DNA of 64,000 nucleotides from NCBI GenBank assembly GCA_013694995.1, contig JACDBH010000006.1, positions 21,435 through 85,434 on the forward strand, in the 5' to 3' direction. How positions within the stretch are numbered: the stretch's first letter is position 1; each line of letters begins with the position of its first letter. The DNA comes from Candidatus Saccharimonadota bacterium. GTDB lineage: Bacteria > Patescibacteriota > Saccharimonadia > Saccharimonadales > JACDBH01. The position numbers and the translations under genes are program-made. The notes under the pieces were generated by a model. That model ran no database searches. It was not told the DNA's origin and saw only the letters and a list, made by a program, of their open reading frames with translations. Shown in pieces: positions 46,325-55,767 of the stretch.

Positions 46325-47080
46325 TTAATTAGCGTCGCGTTTCAAAAAGAGATACCAGCCAATTGCCCAGCCGACTATAAGATATACCGCAAATAGCGCT
46401 GCAGCCCTAAGCGGCGTCATTGCGCCATCCTCAATACGGGCAGAACCTAAAACTTGATGGAGTGTTGTGAGTGGCAAATAGATATTGTTGTGTTTTAGTA
46501 GCAGACCTAGCAGGGCCTCGACTGTTCCTAGCCCAAAGAGCAATAGGACAATAGCAGCGGCAAGATTGCGGGTAAGAACTGCAAATAGTGCGCCAAGAAG
46601 ACTGTAACCTACCGTATAGAATACCGACTTACCAATGGTTGCGAGTGGCGAGAAAACTTGTGGCGCCAATGTGCCGCCACGCAGAGACACGCCAAGCAGA
46701 TACATCAGTAGTCCAACTCCAATCATAAGTAGGGCAAAAACGGCGCTGTAGGCAGCTGCAGCTAGTAATTTTGCAGCCAGCGCCTTGGTGCGGCTGTTGG
46801 TAGCAGTCAAAGTGTGCATAATGGTGTTATAGCGATATTCGTGGACAAAGAATAAGATTAAAACAACGGCTGCAAAGCTGGCGGTAATATTACCGACATT
46901 TGGGATAAGTTCTGTAAAAGCGTCCTTACTCAAAGCCGATGTGGCCATTTCGCCTTCACCCTTGTACCCTTCTACATACAGGGCAAAGAAAGTGGTTATA
47001 ATTGCTGCGATAAGAGCCAAAACATAAGTTGAGCGGACAGTTGCAAGCTTCAGAAATTCTGATTTTAAGCTGTTGCGCAT
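46325..47080 (-). CDS. ABC-2 type transporter permease
   Basis: SEFLKL..RST, EYRYNT, KRDA C-terminus. Confidence 0.9.
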   Translation of the reverse strand: MRNSLKSEFLKLATVRSTYVLALIAAIITTFFALYVEGYKGEGEMATSALSKDAFTELIPNVGNITASFAAVVLILFFVHEYRYNTIMHTLTATNSRTKALAAKLLAAAAYSAVFALLMIGVGLLMYLLGVSLRGGTLAPQVFSPLATIGKSVFYTVGYSLLGALFAVLTRNLAAAIVLLLFGLGTVEALLGLLLKHNNIYLPLTTLHQVLGSARIEDGAMTPLRAAALFAVYLIVGWAIGWYLFLKRDAN

Positions 47081-47991
47081 TACGCGTTGACCTTTCCTTT
47101 GCCCTGGTATTCCTGTGCTCCAGCTGTGAGTTCCAAGAAAGCTTCCTCTAGAGTGGCAGTATGCTTAGTTAATTCCAGAATTGGTACACCAGATTCATAT
47201 GCCAATTTGCCGATGTCGTCTATCTTCATATTCTGAACAGTAAAACCGCCATTTAGCTTTTTGTATAAAGCCTTTTGCTGTTTAAGTACTCTCTCCAGCT
47301 TGGACTCGGCACTGGTTCGGACAAACACGCCGGCATGACCACTGCCAGAAACTAGACTGTCCATCGAAGTGCTTGCAATCAGTTTGCCTTTGCCGATGAC
47401 AACGACGTCGTCAGCCATTTGCGCCATTTCGCTTAATAAGTGCGACGAAACAAAAACTGCGTTGCCCTTATCGGCGTAGCTTTTTAGGAATTCGCGCAGC
47501 CAAGCAATACCCTCTGGATCCAAGCCGTTGGCGGGTTCATCTAATACTAGGTACTTGGGGTTGCCGAGGATTGCAGCCGCAATACCAAGCCGCTGGCTCA
47601 TGCCCAAGCTAAATTTGCCGGGCCTTTTTTTGGCTACTTCCGTAAGGCCAACTAGTTCCAGCACGTCATCAACGCGTTTTTCACTGACACCTCCGGCTGC
47701 GGCTAATACTCTCAGGTGGTTTCGGGCGGTACGGGTCGGATGAAAGGCTTTGGCTTCCAGCAAAACACCAACGACATGGGCCGGATTTGCAAACTTATGC
47801 AATCGCTTGCCGTCAAAAGTCGTCCGACCTGGGCCGTTGTCGAGTCCAAGCATTAGGCGCATTGCCGTAGATTTACCGGCACCGTTGGGACCCAAGAACC
47901 CCGTGACTTTTCCAGTAGCAACTTCAAACGACACGTCATCGACCGCCTGCTTTTTGCGGTAGCGTTTACTGAGGTGTTCCGCCTTGATCAT
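47080..47991 (-). CDS. ABC transporter ATP-binding protein
   Basis: GPNGAGKS, FSLGM, LDEP; start set to ATG 47991. Confidence 0.95.
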   Translation of the reverse strand: MIKAEHLSKRYRKKQAVDDVSFEVATGKVTGFLGPNGAGKSTAMRLMLGLDNGPGRTTFDGKRLHKFANPAHVVGVLLEAKAFHPTRTARNHLRVLAAAGGVSEKRVDDVLELVGLTEVAKKRPGKFSLGMSQRLGIAAAILGNPKYLVLDEPANGLDPEGIAWLREFLKSYADKGNAVFVSSHLLSEMAQMADDVVVIGKGKLIASTSMDSLVSGSGHAGVFVRTSAESKLERVLKQQKALYKKLNGGFTVQNMKIDDIGKLAYESGVPILELTKHTATLEEAFLELTAGAQEYQGKGKVNA

Positions 47992-48008
47992 TTGTATTAA
48001 ATTATAGC

Positions 48009-48992
48009 TTATTGCTGCAGATGTTGGTATAGCTCGGTGATTGTTTGGCAGTTCATGAGTTTTTCGCGCATTTCCTTGGCACCGTCGAAGCCACTGATGT
48101 ACACCTTGCAGAATTTGTTGAGGGTGTGGAGAGGCCGCTCGCCTTCTCGCCACGTATCAGCAAACAGCTCAACATGCTCCCTAAACAACTTAATTTTACC
48201 TATTACATCATAATTTTCCCATTTCCGAGGTCCGTCCTCGGAAAGACAGAAGGGGTTTTCGAAGAGGCCGCGGCCGATCATAATTCCGTCCAAGTCATAC
48301 TCTTTTGCAAGTTTACGGCCTTGTTGCTTAGTTAGAATGTCCCCATTACCAATAATAAGTGTGTCTTTTGCAATTTTGTCGCGAATCTTGACGATTTCGC
48401 CTATAGCATCCCAGTGCGCTGGTACTTTGCTCATTTCCCTTCTGGTACGGCCATGGATTGTAAGCATATCAAGATTGTGGCCAAGTAAAAATTCATGCCA
48501 GCTATAATCAATCTCACTCCATCCGAGCCGTGTCTTGACCGATACGGGCATCTTGCCCGCCCCACGCTTGGTGGCTTTGATGATTTCGTGCGCTAAGGGT
48601 CGGTTATTCATAAGGGCGCTGCAGGTGCCATTTTTTACTTCTGATTTGGCAGGACATCCCATATTTAAATCGACACCCTTAAAGTTGATGCCACTAGGCA
48701 AACCAAGTTCGCGCGCAAATGTGCCGTCGGCAATCTCACTGGCTGTTTTCTCAAAGTTTTCAGGTATAAGTCCCCACAGCTGGGCAATAAGCGGGCCTTC
48801 TGTTGCTGCAAACCTAAGCTTTTTGAGCAATTTTGGACGACCTGGAGATTGCAAGCCGTCAACATTCACAAACTCTGTAAAGTATAAATCGGCGGGCGCA
48901 TTGGTATGAACTACCTGGCGGAAAACTGTATCCGTCACGTCATCCATCGGAGCCAATGCGAAGAATGGCTTAGGCAATGTATTAAGTATCAA
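48009..48992 (-). CDS. dus: tRNA-dihydrouridine synthase
   Basis: LAPM, DLNMGCP, VKTRLG, HGRT, GNGDI, MIGRG; start uncertain. Confidence 0.93.
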   Translation of the reverse strand: MILNTLPKPFFALAPMDDVTDTVFRQVVHTNAPADLYFTEFVNVDGLQSPGRPKLLKKLRFAATEGPLIAQLWGLIPENFEKTASEIADGTFARELGLPSGINFKGVDLNMGCPAKSEVKNGTCSALMNNRPLAHEIIKATKRGAGKMPVSVKTRLGWSEIDYSWHEFLLGHNLDMLTIHGRTRREMSKVPAHWDAIGEIVKIRDKIAKDTLIIGNGDILTKQQGRKLAKEYDLDGIMIGRGLFENPFCLSEDGPRKWENYDVIGKIKLFREHVELFADTWREGERPLHTLNKFCKVYISGFDGAKEMREKLMNCQTITELYQHLQQ

Positions 48993-48993
48993 C

Positions 48994-49788
48994 TTACTCT
49001 GTTTTGGCACGGCCAAGAATATCGTCAAACCCGCCTTCAACAATTGGTTTAAGTTTTGGATAGTGCTTGCTTATCTCTGATAGCCGCTCGGCAAAAAATA
49101 TATACCGATTTGCTTCAGATTCTTTTGCGTAGCTTAGAACCTTTTTGGCCTGGTGCACTCGCCAACTGGCAATTGCTTCATCGACATAGAACATTATGCC
49201 GCCATTCTCTGAATCATATACCACGCTTTGTGGATCGTAGCCAATCTCCTTGATACCGTTCATGCCAGAATGTCTTAGCATTGCTAAATCATAAAATCTT
49301 AATAACGGTAAAAGACCTGACTGATCCCTCGAAACAACAAGGTTGAGAACGAGCTCAGGGTTTGCAACCTCGAGTATAAGGTCAAGTTCGTACAGTGACG
49401 CCCCGCTACACTGCGCATCTTTAGCGTAATTAATATAATCTCTTGTCAGTTTGCGAGCTGTCCGCATGGGATCTTCCATTTTTATTTTTCTTTGACGAGC
49501 AACGACTTCTGCAAGATGCTTAGCGGCTCCGCCCGGCTTGCCAATAAAACTCTCCAGTCCCATCGCTTCGACTTGTTCAGGCTTTGAGGCAGGCAAAAAA
49601 CCCTCTACCCTATAAATAACCTCAATCCGCTGAAATCTATCTAGTTCAGAATAACCATAAAATGGTAAGGCAGGCTCAAGAGTTATGCCAGCCTTCGCTG
49701 CTACACCCATTTTAAAAGGACGATCCAGGATTGGATGAATATCTGGTGCAATATCAAAAAGTTGGGGGTCAGTATTTGGTGACGCCAT
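48994..49788 (-). CDS. hypothetical protein
   Basis: 264-aa ORF. Confidence 0.65.
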   Translation of the reverse strand: MASPNTDPQLFDIAPDIHPILDRPFKMGVAAKAGITLEPALPFYGYSELDRFQRIEVIYRVEGFLPASKPEQVEAMGLESFIGKPGGAAKHLAEVVARQRKIKMEDPMRTARKLTRDYINYAKDAQCSGASLYELDLILEVANPELVLNLVVSRDQSGLLPLLRFYDLAMLRHSGMNGIKEIGYDPQSVVYDSENGGIMFYVDEAIASWRVHQAKKVLSYAKESEANRYIFFAERLSEISKHYPKLKPIVEGGFDDILGRAKTE

Positions 49789-49797
49789 ATTTATTCC

Positions 49798-50247
49798 CTA
49801 CTTGTTACGAGGATTTTTATAGGCAGATGGGTGGCGTGGGCGGGCATCAGCGGCACGGCGAGCGCGCTCTGCAGCATATAAATCTGCGCTCAAGACTTCA
49901 TGCTCCCGTCGACGTGATGGATTGCTCCGTTTAGGATCACCAAAGTTGGCATTATAATCAACTACAGCATCGGTAGACGCCTCGCCTACTTCAAACCTAG
50001 CTTGGCCGGCTTTTGCTCGACTGCCAAGTTCAGCTCGTTGTGGGATAATCTCAGGCTCTAAATGGGTAACTGCGACTTCGCCTATCGTGCCATATTCATC
50101 ATGAATTAATCTTAGTGCCCGCTCATTCGCCTTTTTTTGCACAAAGCTTAACTCTGTATCATGGGGTATATCATCAAGGTGCACGACATCACCATCCTCA
50201 TTGACGGGGACCTTGCTTGGATCAAGATAAAGGGGATTTTCAGCCAT
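49798..50247 (-). CDS. hypothetical protein
   Basis: 149-aa ORF; TATAAT 7 nt upstream. Confidence 0.65.
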   Translation of the reverse strand: MAENPLYLDPSKVPVNEDGDVVHLDDIPHDTELSFVQKKANERALRLIHDEYGTIGEVAVTHLEPEIIPQRAELGSRAKAGQARFEVGEASTDAVVDYNANFGDPKRSNPSRRREHEVLSADLYAAERARRAADARPRHPSAYKNPRNK

Positions 50248-50295
50248 ATATAACCATTATATCACACTTATGGCTATTTGTCTATAGATGACGAG

Positions 50296-51396
50296 CTACT
50301 CCCAGCGAAAGACATGGAAAGCAACGATATAAATTACCACTGTCCAGACCGCGATCAGTCCAAGCTGTGGAGTAATGTCAACTAGGTGCTTGCCTTCTGT
50401 CGCAATCAAACGTATACCATCAATAATAGGTGTTAGCGGCAAATAGTCCGACACTTTTTGCAACCAATCGGGCATAGCGTAACGCGGGAAAAAGGTGCCC
50501 GATAAAAACATCATCGGAAAGACAATTATATTAGCTAAAGGAGCAGCCTGACGCTCGTTCTTAGCCCAACCACCAATGGCAAGGCCAATACCGTAGATTG
50601 AAATGATGCCTAGGGCGATAAAGGCAGCAAGCTCAAGCCAGTTACCAACTACATTCAGGTCAAAAACCACTATAGCCACGATGAAAGAAACACTTATAGT
50701 TATCAGGCCGACTATAGCCTGTGACAGTACATTGGAGATAAAATACTGGGATACTTTGAGCGGCGTAGTGTGCAGACGGCGCAAAATACCCTGTTTCTTA
50801 AGTTCCGGAAAGACATTGATAGGACCAAAAATACCCAAGCCAATAATCGAAAAGCCGAGCAGCCCGGCAAAGGTGTAGTCGAAGCGCGACAAGCTGCGCT
50901 CGTTTAGCTGCTCAGTCTCTACCGTAAATGGTTCGCTAACAGCCACTAACTGACTGTTGATAGCTTTAAACTGGCCTTCGAGCACGGAAGTTAGCGCCCG
51001 GACGGATTGCTCATTATTGGCAGTATAAATTACCCGCGCCTGCCCATTAGGCGACCCACCACTTACTGCTCCAAAGTCGGCCGGCAACAAAATGGTGGCG
51101 TCAATTTCACTTCGTTTCATTTTCTCATTGGCCAACTCAAGGTTCTGCACTTCTTTGTCTATCTTAAATAGCTTGTTATTATTGGCATCTTCGACATATT
51201 GTTTGGCAAACTCGGACTGCGACTCATTAATGATGGCAACCTTAAACGACAAGTCACCCCCGCGGCTGATAGCGCCAAAGATGAAAAGGAAAATAAGTGG
51301 GAAGATTACTGTAAAAAATAGCGCCAGCCGGTCACGGAAGAAGCGTCGGGTGTTGAGTTTCGCAAAAGTCAGAATAGTGAAAAGATTCTTCTTCAT
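50296..51396 (-). CDS. ABC-2 type transporter permease
   Basis: FLSGTFFP, PLT, FRWE. Confidence 0.92.
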   Translation of the reverse strand: MKKNLFTILTFAKLNTRRFFRDRLALFFTVIFPLIFLFIFGAISRGGDLSFKVAIINESQSEFAKQYVEDANNNKLFKIDKEVQNLELANEKMKRSEIDATILLPADFGAVSGGSPNGQARVIYTANNEQSVRALTSVLEGQFKAINSQLVAVSEPFTVETEQLNERSLSRFDYTFAGLLGFSIIGLGIFGPINVFPELKKQGILRRLHTTPLKVSQYFISNVLSQAIVGLITISVSFIVAIVVFDLNVVGNWLELAAFIALGIISIYGIGLAIGGWAKNERQAAPLANIIVFPMMFLSGTFFPRYAMPDWLQKVSDYLPLTPIIDGIRLIATEGKHLVDITPQLGLIAVWTVVIYIVAFHVFRWE

Positions 51397-51398
51397 TT

Positions 51399-52166
51399 TT
51401 AATCCCTTAGATGCTTCCCTGTTAAGTCTATAAAAACATCCTCTAAGTTGGCTTGCTCGACAAGCTGTGTCTTCTTGAAGCCCTTGCCTAGTAGCTGTTT
51501 TACGAGGTTTTTAGGTGTATCGATAGCTATTATCTTACCGTTGTCCATAATAGCTACGCGGTCGCAAAGCAGCTCGGCCTCTTCCATATAGTGAGTAGTC
51601 ATGATAACCGTAATACCCCTGTCTCGGATATCAGAAACCAACTCCCACAAATTACGGCGGGCCTGCGGATCCAAGCCAGTGGTCGGTTCGTCCATAAAGA
51701 ATACCTTCGGGTTATGTACGAGGGCGGCGGCAATGCTGAAGCGCTGCTTTTGGCCACCGGAAAGCTGCTCGATATAACTATTGGCCTTATCAAGCAAGTT
51801 AACATCCTCCAAAAACTCCTTGGCATTAACCCGCTCACCATAAGCCGCAGCAAACATTTCCAACAGTTCAGTTAGCTTTGTCTTATCCTGGAAGGCCGGG
51901 CTCTGTGGCTGCACACCAATAATCTGGCGGATGCGGTCCGGGTCTTCGGCTACATTTATACCGTCAAGCAAGGCCTTGCCACCGTCAATCGGGCGCATAG
52001 CTTCAATCATCTCGAGCGTGGTTGTCTTGCCCGCGCCATTAGGGCCAAGGATTCCAAATATCTCTCCTTGCTTAACCTCAAAACTGATACCTTTAACGAC
52101 CGTTTTAGAGCCGTATTTTTTAGTCAGCTTATCAACCTTAAGAATATAGTCCGTTTTCTTCACCAT
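51399..52166 (-). CDS. ABC transporter ATP-binding protein
   Basis: GPNGAGKT, LSGGQ, DEPTTGLD. Confidence 0.95.
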   Translation of the reverse strand: MVKKTDYILKVDKLTKKYGSKTVVKGISFEVKQGEIFGILGPNGAGKTTTLEMIEAMRPIDGGKALLDGINVAEDPDRIRQIIGVQPQSPAFQDKTKLTELLEMFAAAYGERVNAKEFLEDVNLLDKANSYIEQLSGGQKQRFSIAAALVHNPKVFFMDEPTTGLDPQARRNLWELVSDIRDRGITVIMTTHYMEEAELLCDRVAIMDNGKIIAIDTPKNLVKQLLGKGFKKTQLVEQANLEDVFIDLTGKHLRD

Positions 52167-52251
52167 GTATTAGCTTTAGTATAGCCTACAACATCAGTCA
52201 TTAGCCAAATAAAAAAGCCCCAGGACGGAGCCTTTTTATAAAAAACTAACC

Positions 52252-52449
52252 CTAGACTTTGCGCTTGACTGTCAAGAAACCATTGCGTGGGTTTTCGTTG
52301 ACTTCCATACCGTTAGGAAGGTCTGTTGCCTCTGGGCGCTGGTCTTTGCTGAAGTAATAGATTGTCTGCTCTTTACCGCCACGAAGAACAACTGCCTTTG
52401 AATTAAGATGATATGTTACACCTTTTGAGTTTGTGTGCTTATATGCCAT
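52252..52449 (-). CDS. small conserved protein of a type seen in CPR bacteria
   Basis: YKHTNSKGVTYHL...IYYFSK...ENPRNG. Confidence 0.75.
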   Translation of the reverse strand: MAYKHTNSKGVTYHLNSKAVVLRGGKEQTIYYFSKDQRPEATDLPNGMEVNENPRNGFLTVKRKV

Positions 52450-52703
52450 TGTTGTTTAACTCCCTCTCTTTAGCATTACTGATGGTACCCCTAACATACG
52501 CCTGAGAGAAATTGTTTGTCAATAGGTTATAGTTGCTTTTATAACTCTTTTCAATCAGTTAACAGGGGTAGAGAAAATAAAATAAAAATAAATCCACATG
52601 CTTAAGCACCTGACAGAAAAAGCAGGTTGATTCTTTATATATTTTTGCGATACACTGGTAAGCGTAACAATTATCAGATAAATAATAAGGTGGAAGAGGG
52701 TCT

Positions 52704-53249
52704 ATGGATTTTACTACTCGCGGTGGCCAACAGCCAGCTGCACCAGTTGCCACTCCGCAACAACCAAAAACATCTAAAAGGTTCCGAGACAGCAGGGGTA
52801 TGCGTATTATTTCGTCAGTACTTTTGGTTTCGGTCGCATTACTATTAGCAGCACTGGCGGTGTTCGTCGCAACCGGCGGCAGCAACCCCCAGAGCAATTT
52901 CATTAAAAAAGACAAGTTCCAGGCTGTCTTCTTAAACGGCGGCCAAGTGTATTTTGGCAAGATTAGAAATTTGAACGACAAGTATCTAACTATGGATAAC
53001 ATCTATTACTTGCGCGTCAACGAACAGGTCCAGCCGAATACCAACACCGACGCCAATGCCGCACAACAAGACATCAGCCTAGCCAAGCTTGGCTGTGAGT
53101 TGCACGGTCCTGATGACGCTATGGTAATAAACCAGGATCAGGTTACCTTCTGGGAGAACCTCAAGGACGATGGACAGGTTGTAAAAGCAATCACCGAATT
53201 CGTCAAAGCCAATCCAGATGGCCAGAAGTGTACTGAAGCTACTACCTAA
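52704..53249 (+). CDS. conserved CPR-type membrane-anchored protein
   Basis: TM; QAVFLNGGQVYFGK, IYYL, KLGCELHGP, FWENLKDDG. Confidence 0.8.
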   Translation: MDFTTRGGQQPAAPVATPQQPKTSKRFRDSRGMRIISSVLLVSVALLLAALAVFVATGGSNPQSNFIKKDKFQAVFLNGGQVYFGKIRNLNDKYLTMDNIYYLRVNEQVQPNTNTDANAAQQDISLAKLGCELHGPDDAMVINQDQVTFWENLKDDGQVVKAITEFVKANPDGQKCTEATT

Positions 53250-53264
53250 AGTCTAAGTAGTTAT

Positions 53265-53299
53265 TAAAAACAACCCCGGTCAAACGGGGTTGTTTTTAA
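53265..53299. terminator. bidirectional terminator
   Basis: TAAAAACAACCCCG-GTCAAA-CGGGGTTGTTTTTA. Confidence 0.9.
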
Positions 53300-53925
53300 T
53301 TATGTAGGCGGAGTTGCTGGTGCAGAATATATTCACTGACTATCCAGATTACAAATAATCCGAAAAACAATGCTGCTAATACCAAGCTCCAGCCGGCTAG
53401 ATCCGGTGACCAGCTTGGGGAAGCAAAGTCGAACTTGTAGGCATCCTCAGGGATAGTAACTGCCTTACCTTCCGGGGTGCCGTGAGTATCGACGTACTCC
53501 TGGATGCATGGGATACGGCCGCGGCCTGAGAATCCCGAGGCTATCTGTTGCTCGCAATAATCCTGGGCATCTGTATAGACTTGGTCATTCGTATTTTGAT
53601 TCTTGGCTTTTTCAGCCGCTACCAGCCGCTCATAGCGGTATTTGAGCTGTATCGGAGGCTTGATAGCATTATCACCAGCGGCCAAATCGGTGTTCATGTG
53701 TTTATAGACATGCTCCCTTAACGCCCGTAAAGCGCCTTCTACGTCACCGTCCTGCTCATCGGCGACAAATACTGCCGCCCGCAGTTCGATCATACGCTGG
53801 TTATTAGCCCTCAGCGCAAAAACGGCAATGATTAAGAAGAATATACTGGCTGCAAGCAGGATCCAGTTGGGTAGCTTGCGTAAAAAACCAAGCAAATGCT
53901 GCGCTTCGCGCTTATCCATAGCCAT
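53296..53925 (-). CDS. hypothetical membrane protein (2 TM)
   Basis: ORF; start set to ATG 53925. Confidence 0.75.
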   Translation of the reverse strand: MAMDKREAQHLLGFLRKLPNWILLAASIFFLIIAVFALRANNQRMIELRAAVFVADEQDGDVEGALRALREHVYKHMNTDLAAGDNAIKPPIQLKYRYERLVAAEKAKNQNTNDQVYTDAQDYCEQQIASGFSGRGRIPCIQEYVDTHGTPEGKAVTIPEDAYKFDFASPSWSPDLAGWSLVLAALFFGLFVIWIVSEYILHQQLRLHN

Positions 53926-53928
53926 AAT

Positions 53929-54002
53929 AGTACAGAGTAAATAGTACAGAGTACATAGCATGGTTGCAGGCTGCTCTGTACTTTGTACTCAGTACTTTGT
54001 AC
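53929..54002. repeat. inverted array of 7-nt repeats
   Basis: AGTACAG AGTAAAT AGTACAG AGTACAT AGCA ... TGCT CTGTACT TTGTACT CAGTACT TTGTAC. Confidence 0.85.
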
Positions 54003-54011
54003 GCTAGTAGT

Positions 54012-55319
54012 ATGCATATTTTCTTTTCTGGGATAGGGGGTACGGGCATCGGCCCGCTGGCACTAATTGCCAAGCAAGCCGGGCTTACGGTCAGCGGCTC
54101 CGACAAACAAGACAGCCAATACATCCAGTACCTTAAAAAACACGGCATAGAAGACATTTACATCGGCCAATCTCGTGAAGCCATCGAGAATTACCATAAC
54201 GTTAAGCCCATCGATTGGTACGTGTATTCGTCAGCTATCCAAAAAGAAAATCCTGACCATCCTGAGCTTCTGTTTGTTACTGAAAAAAATATTAAAAACA
54301 GCAAGCGCGACACTTTGCTTAATTACATAATTGAAGACAAGCAGCTTAAGCTGATTGCCGTTGCCGGCACCCATGGCAAGACCACGACCACGGCCATGAT
54401 GATATGGCTGATGAAGTCCTTAGGCCTGCCACTAAGTTATTCGGTAGGTGCCAAGATTGATTTTGGTGATATGGGGCACTACGATACCAGGAGCGAATAC
54501 TTTGTACTGGAGTGCGACGAGTTCGACCGCAACTTTCTTTCTTTTAAGCCTTACATGGCGTTAATAAGCGGCATCGGCTACGATCACCACGAGATTTATC
54601 CGACAATCCAAGCTTACCGCGAAGCTTTCCGCGAATTTTTGGGTAAGAGCGCCTGGCGATTCTTATGGCAAAGCGACATGGATCAGCTGACCCTAGACCT
54701 CGACTCTTCTTACATCCCCCTTGATGACAAATCGCCTGAGCTTCAGAAGCTGCACCTCTATGGCAGCGTCAACCGGCGTAATGCCTGGTTAGTCATTCAG
54801 GCAGCCAACAACATCACCAAGGAGCCGGTGGAGCGCCTAATAGGCATCATGAACAGGTTCCCCGGCGTCTCACGCCGCATGGAGCCCATTAAAAAACGCT
54901 TGTTTACCGATTACGCCCATACGCCGGACAAAATTAAAGGCGCCGTAGAAATTGGCTTGGAAATAGCCCGTGAACAAGGCCGCGACCTTGTGGTTGTTTA
55001 TGAACCACTGACTAACCGCCGCATGCACCACACACGCGAGGAGCACCGCGATATATTTAATGGCGTAAGTAAGCTCTACTGGGTGCCAAGCTACCTGGCG
55101 CGCGAAGATCCCGCCCTACCCGTGCTGACTCCTACAGAACTAATTACGAACCTCTCACCTGAACTTCAGGCGATTGCAGAGCCGGCTGAACTCAACAGTC
55201 AGCTTAAAAAAGCTATCAAACATCACCGCCGGCACAATATTGTCGTTTGCTTAAGTGGAGGCGGAGGTGGGTCTTTGGACGAATGGTTGAGGAAAGAATT
55301 CTCGGGCTTATTCAGCTAA
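54012..55319 (+). CDS. murC: UDP-N-acetylmuramate--L-alanine ligase-like Mur ligase
   Basis: GIGGTGI, SGSD, AGTHGKTTT, ECDEFDRNF, DYAHTP. Confidence 0.85.
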   Translation: MHIFFSGIGGTGIGPLALIAKQAGLTVSGSDKQDSQYIQYLKKHGIEDIYIGQSREAIENYHNVKPIDWYVYSSAIQKENPDHPELLFVTEKNIKNSKRDTLLNYIIEDKQLKLIAVAGTHGKTTTTAMMIWLMKSLGLPLSYSVGAKIDFGDMGHYDTRSEYFVLECDEFDRNFLSFKPYMALISGIGYDHHEIYPTIQAYREAFREFLGKSAWRFLWQSDMDQLTLDLDSSYIPLDDKSPELQKLHLYGSVNRRNAWLVIQAANNITKEPVERLIGIMNRFPGVSRRMEPIKKRLFTDYAHTPDKIKGAVEIGLEIAREQGRDLVVVYEPLTNRRMHHTREEHRDIFNGVSKLYWVPSYLAREDPALPVLTPTELITNLSPELQAIAEPAELNSQLKKAIKHHRRHNIVVCLSGGGGGSLDEWLRKEFSGLFS

Positions 55320-55387
55320 CCAGCCTAATTCCCCATACATCTCGCCTTTAGAAATAGGGACGCGCGGTATTGTAAATATCCTTGAAT

Positions 55388-55732
55388 TTATCGGTTATCA
55401 CCGCTGCCGTGGGAAGCGCCGCGGGCTTTTCGATCGAGCACTTTGTCCAGATTTAATTGGGCGACTTCCTCGAGTGACAAACCCAAGTAATTACACATCG
55501 CTTGTAGGTACCATAAGACATCTCCCAGTTCTTTTTCTATGTCTTTTAATTGTCCTGCATCAAGATTACTCTGGTTGTCACGGTATATTTTTTTGAATTT
55601 TTCTGCAACTTCCCCACACTCACCAACCAAGCCGAGTAATTTGCTAATAAAAGCCGGCGAAGTAATTGGCTGCGACTTGCCACCAAATGTGTCAGTTGTG
55701 ATTGCCAGCTTTTGATAATCATCAAATGTCAT
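55388..55732 (-). CDS. MazG-like nucleoside triphosphate pyrophosphohydrolase
   Basis: GECGEVAEK, KELGDVLWY, GSGDNR. Confidence 0.92.
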   Translation of the reverse strand: MTFDDYQKLAITTDTFGGKSQPITSPAFISKLLGLVGECGEVAEKFKKIYRDNQSNLDAGQLKDIEKELGDVLWYLQAMCNYLGLSLEEVAQLNLDKVLDRKARGASHGSGDNR

Positions 55733-55767
55733 AAAAACCTCCATTCAAACCTAATTGTACCGCGCCG

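Noticed and set aside
47992..48153. N-terminal extension of the ABC ATPase in the ORF track
   Set aside because: Overlaps dus; ATG 47991 with an upstream TATAAT fits better.
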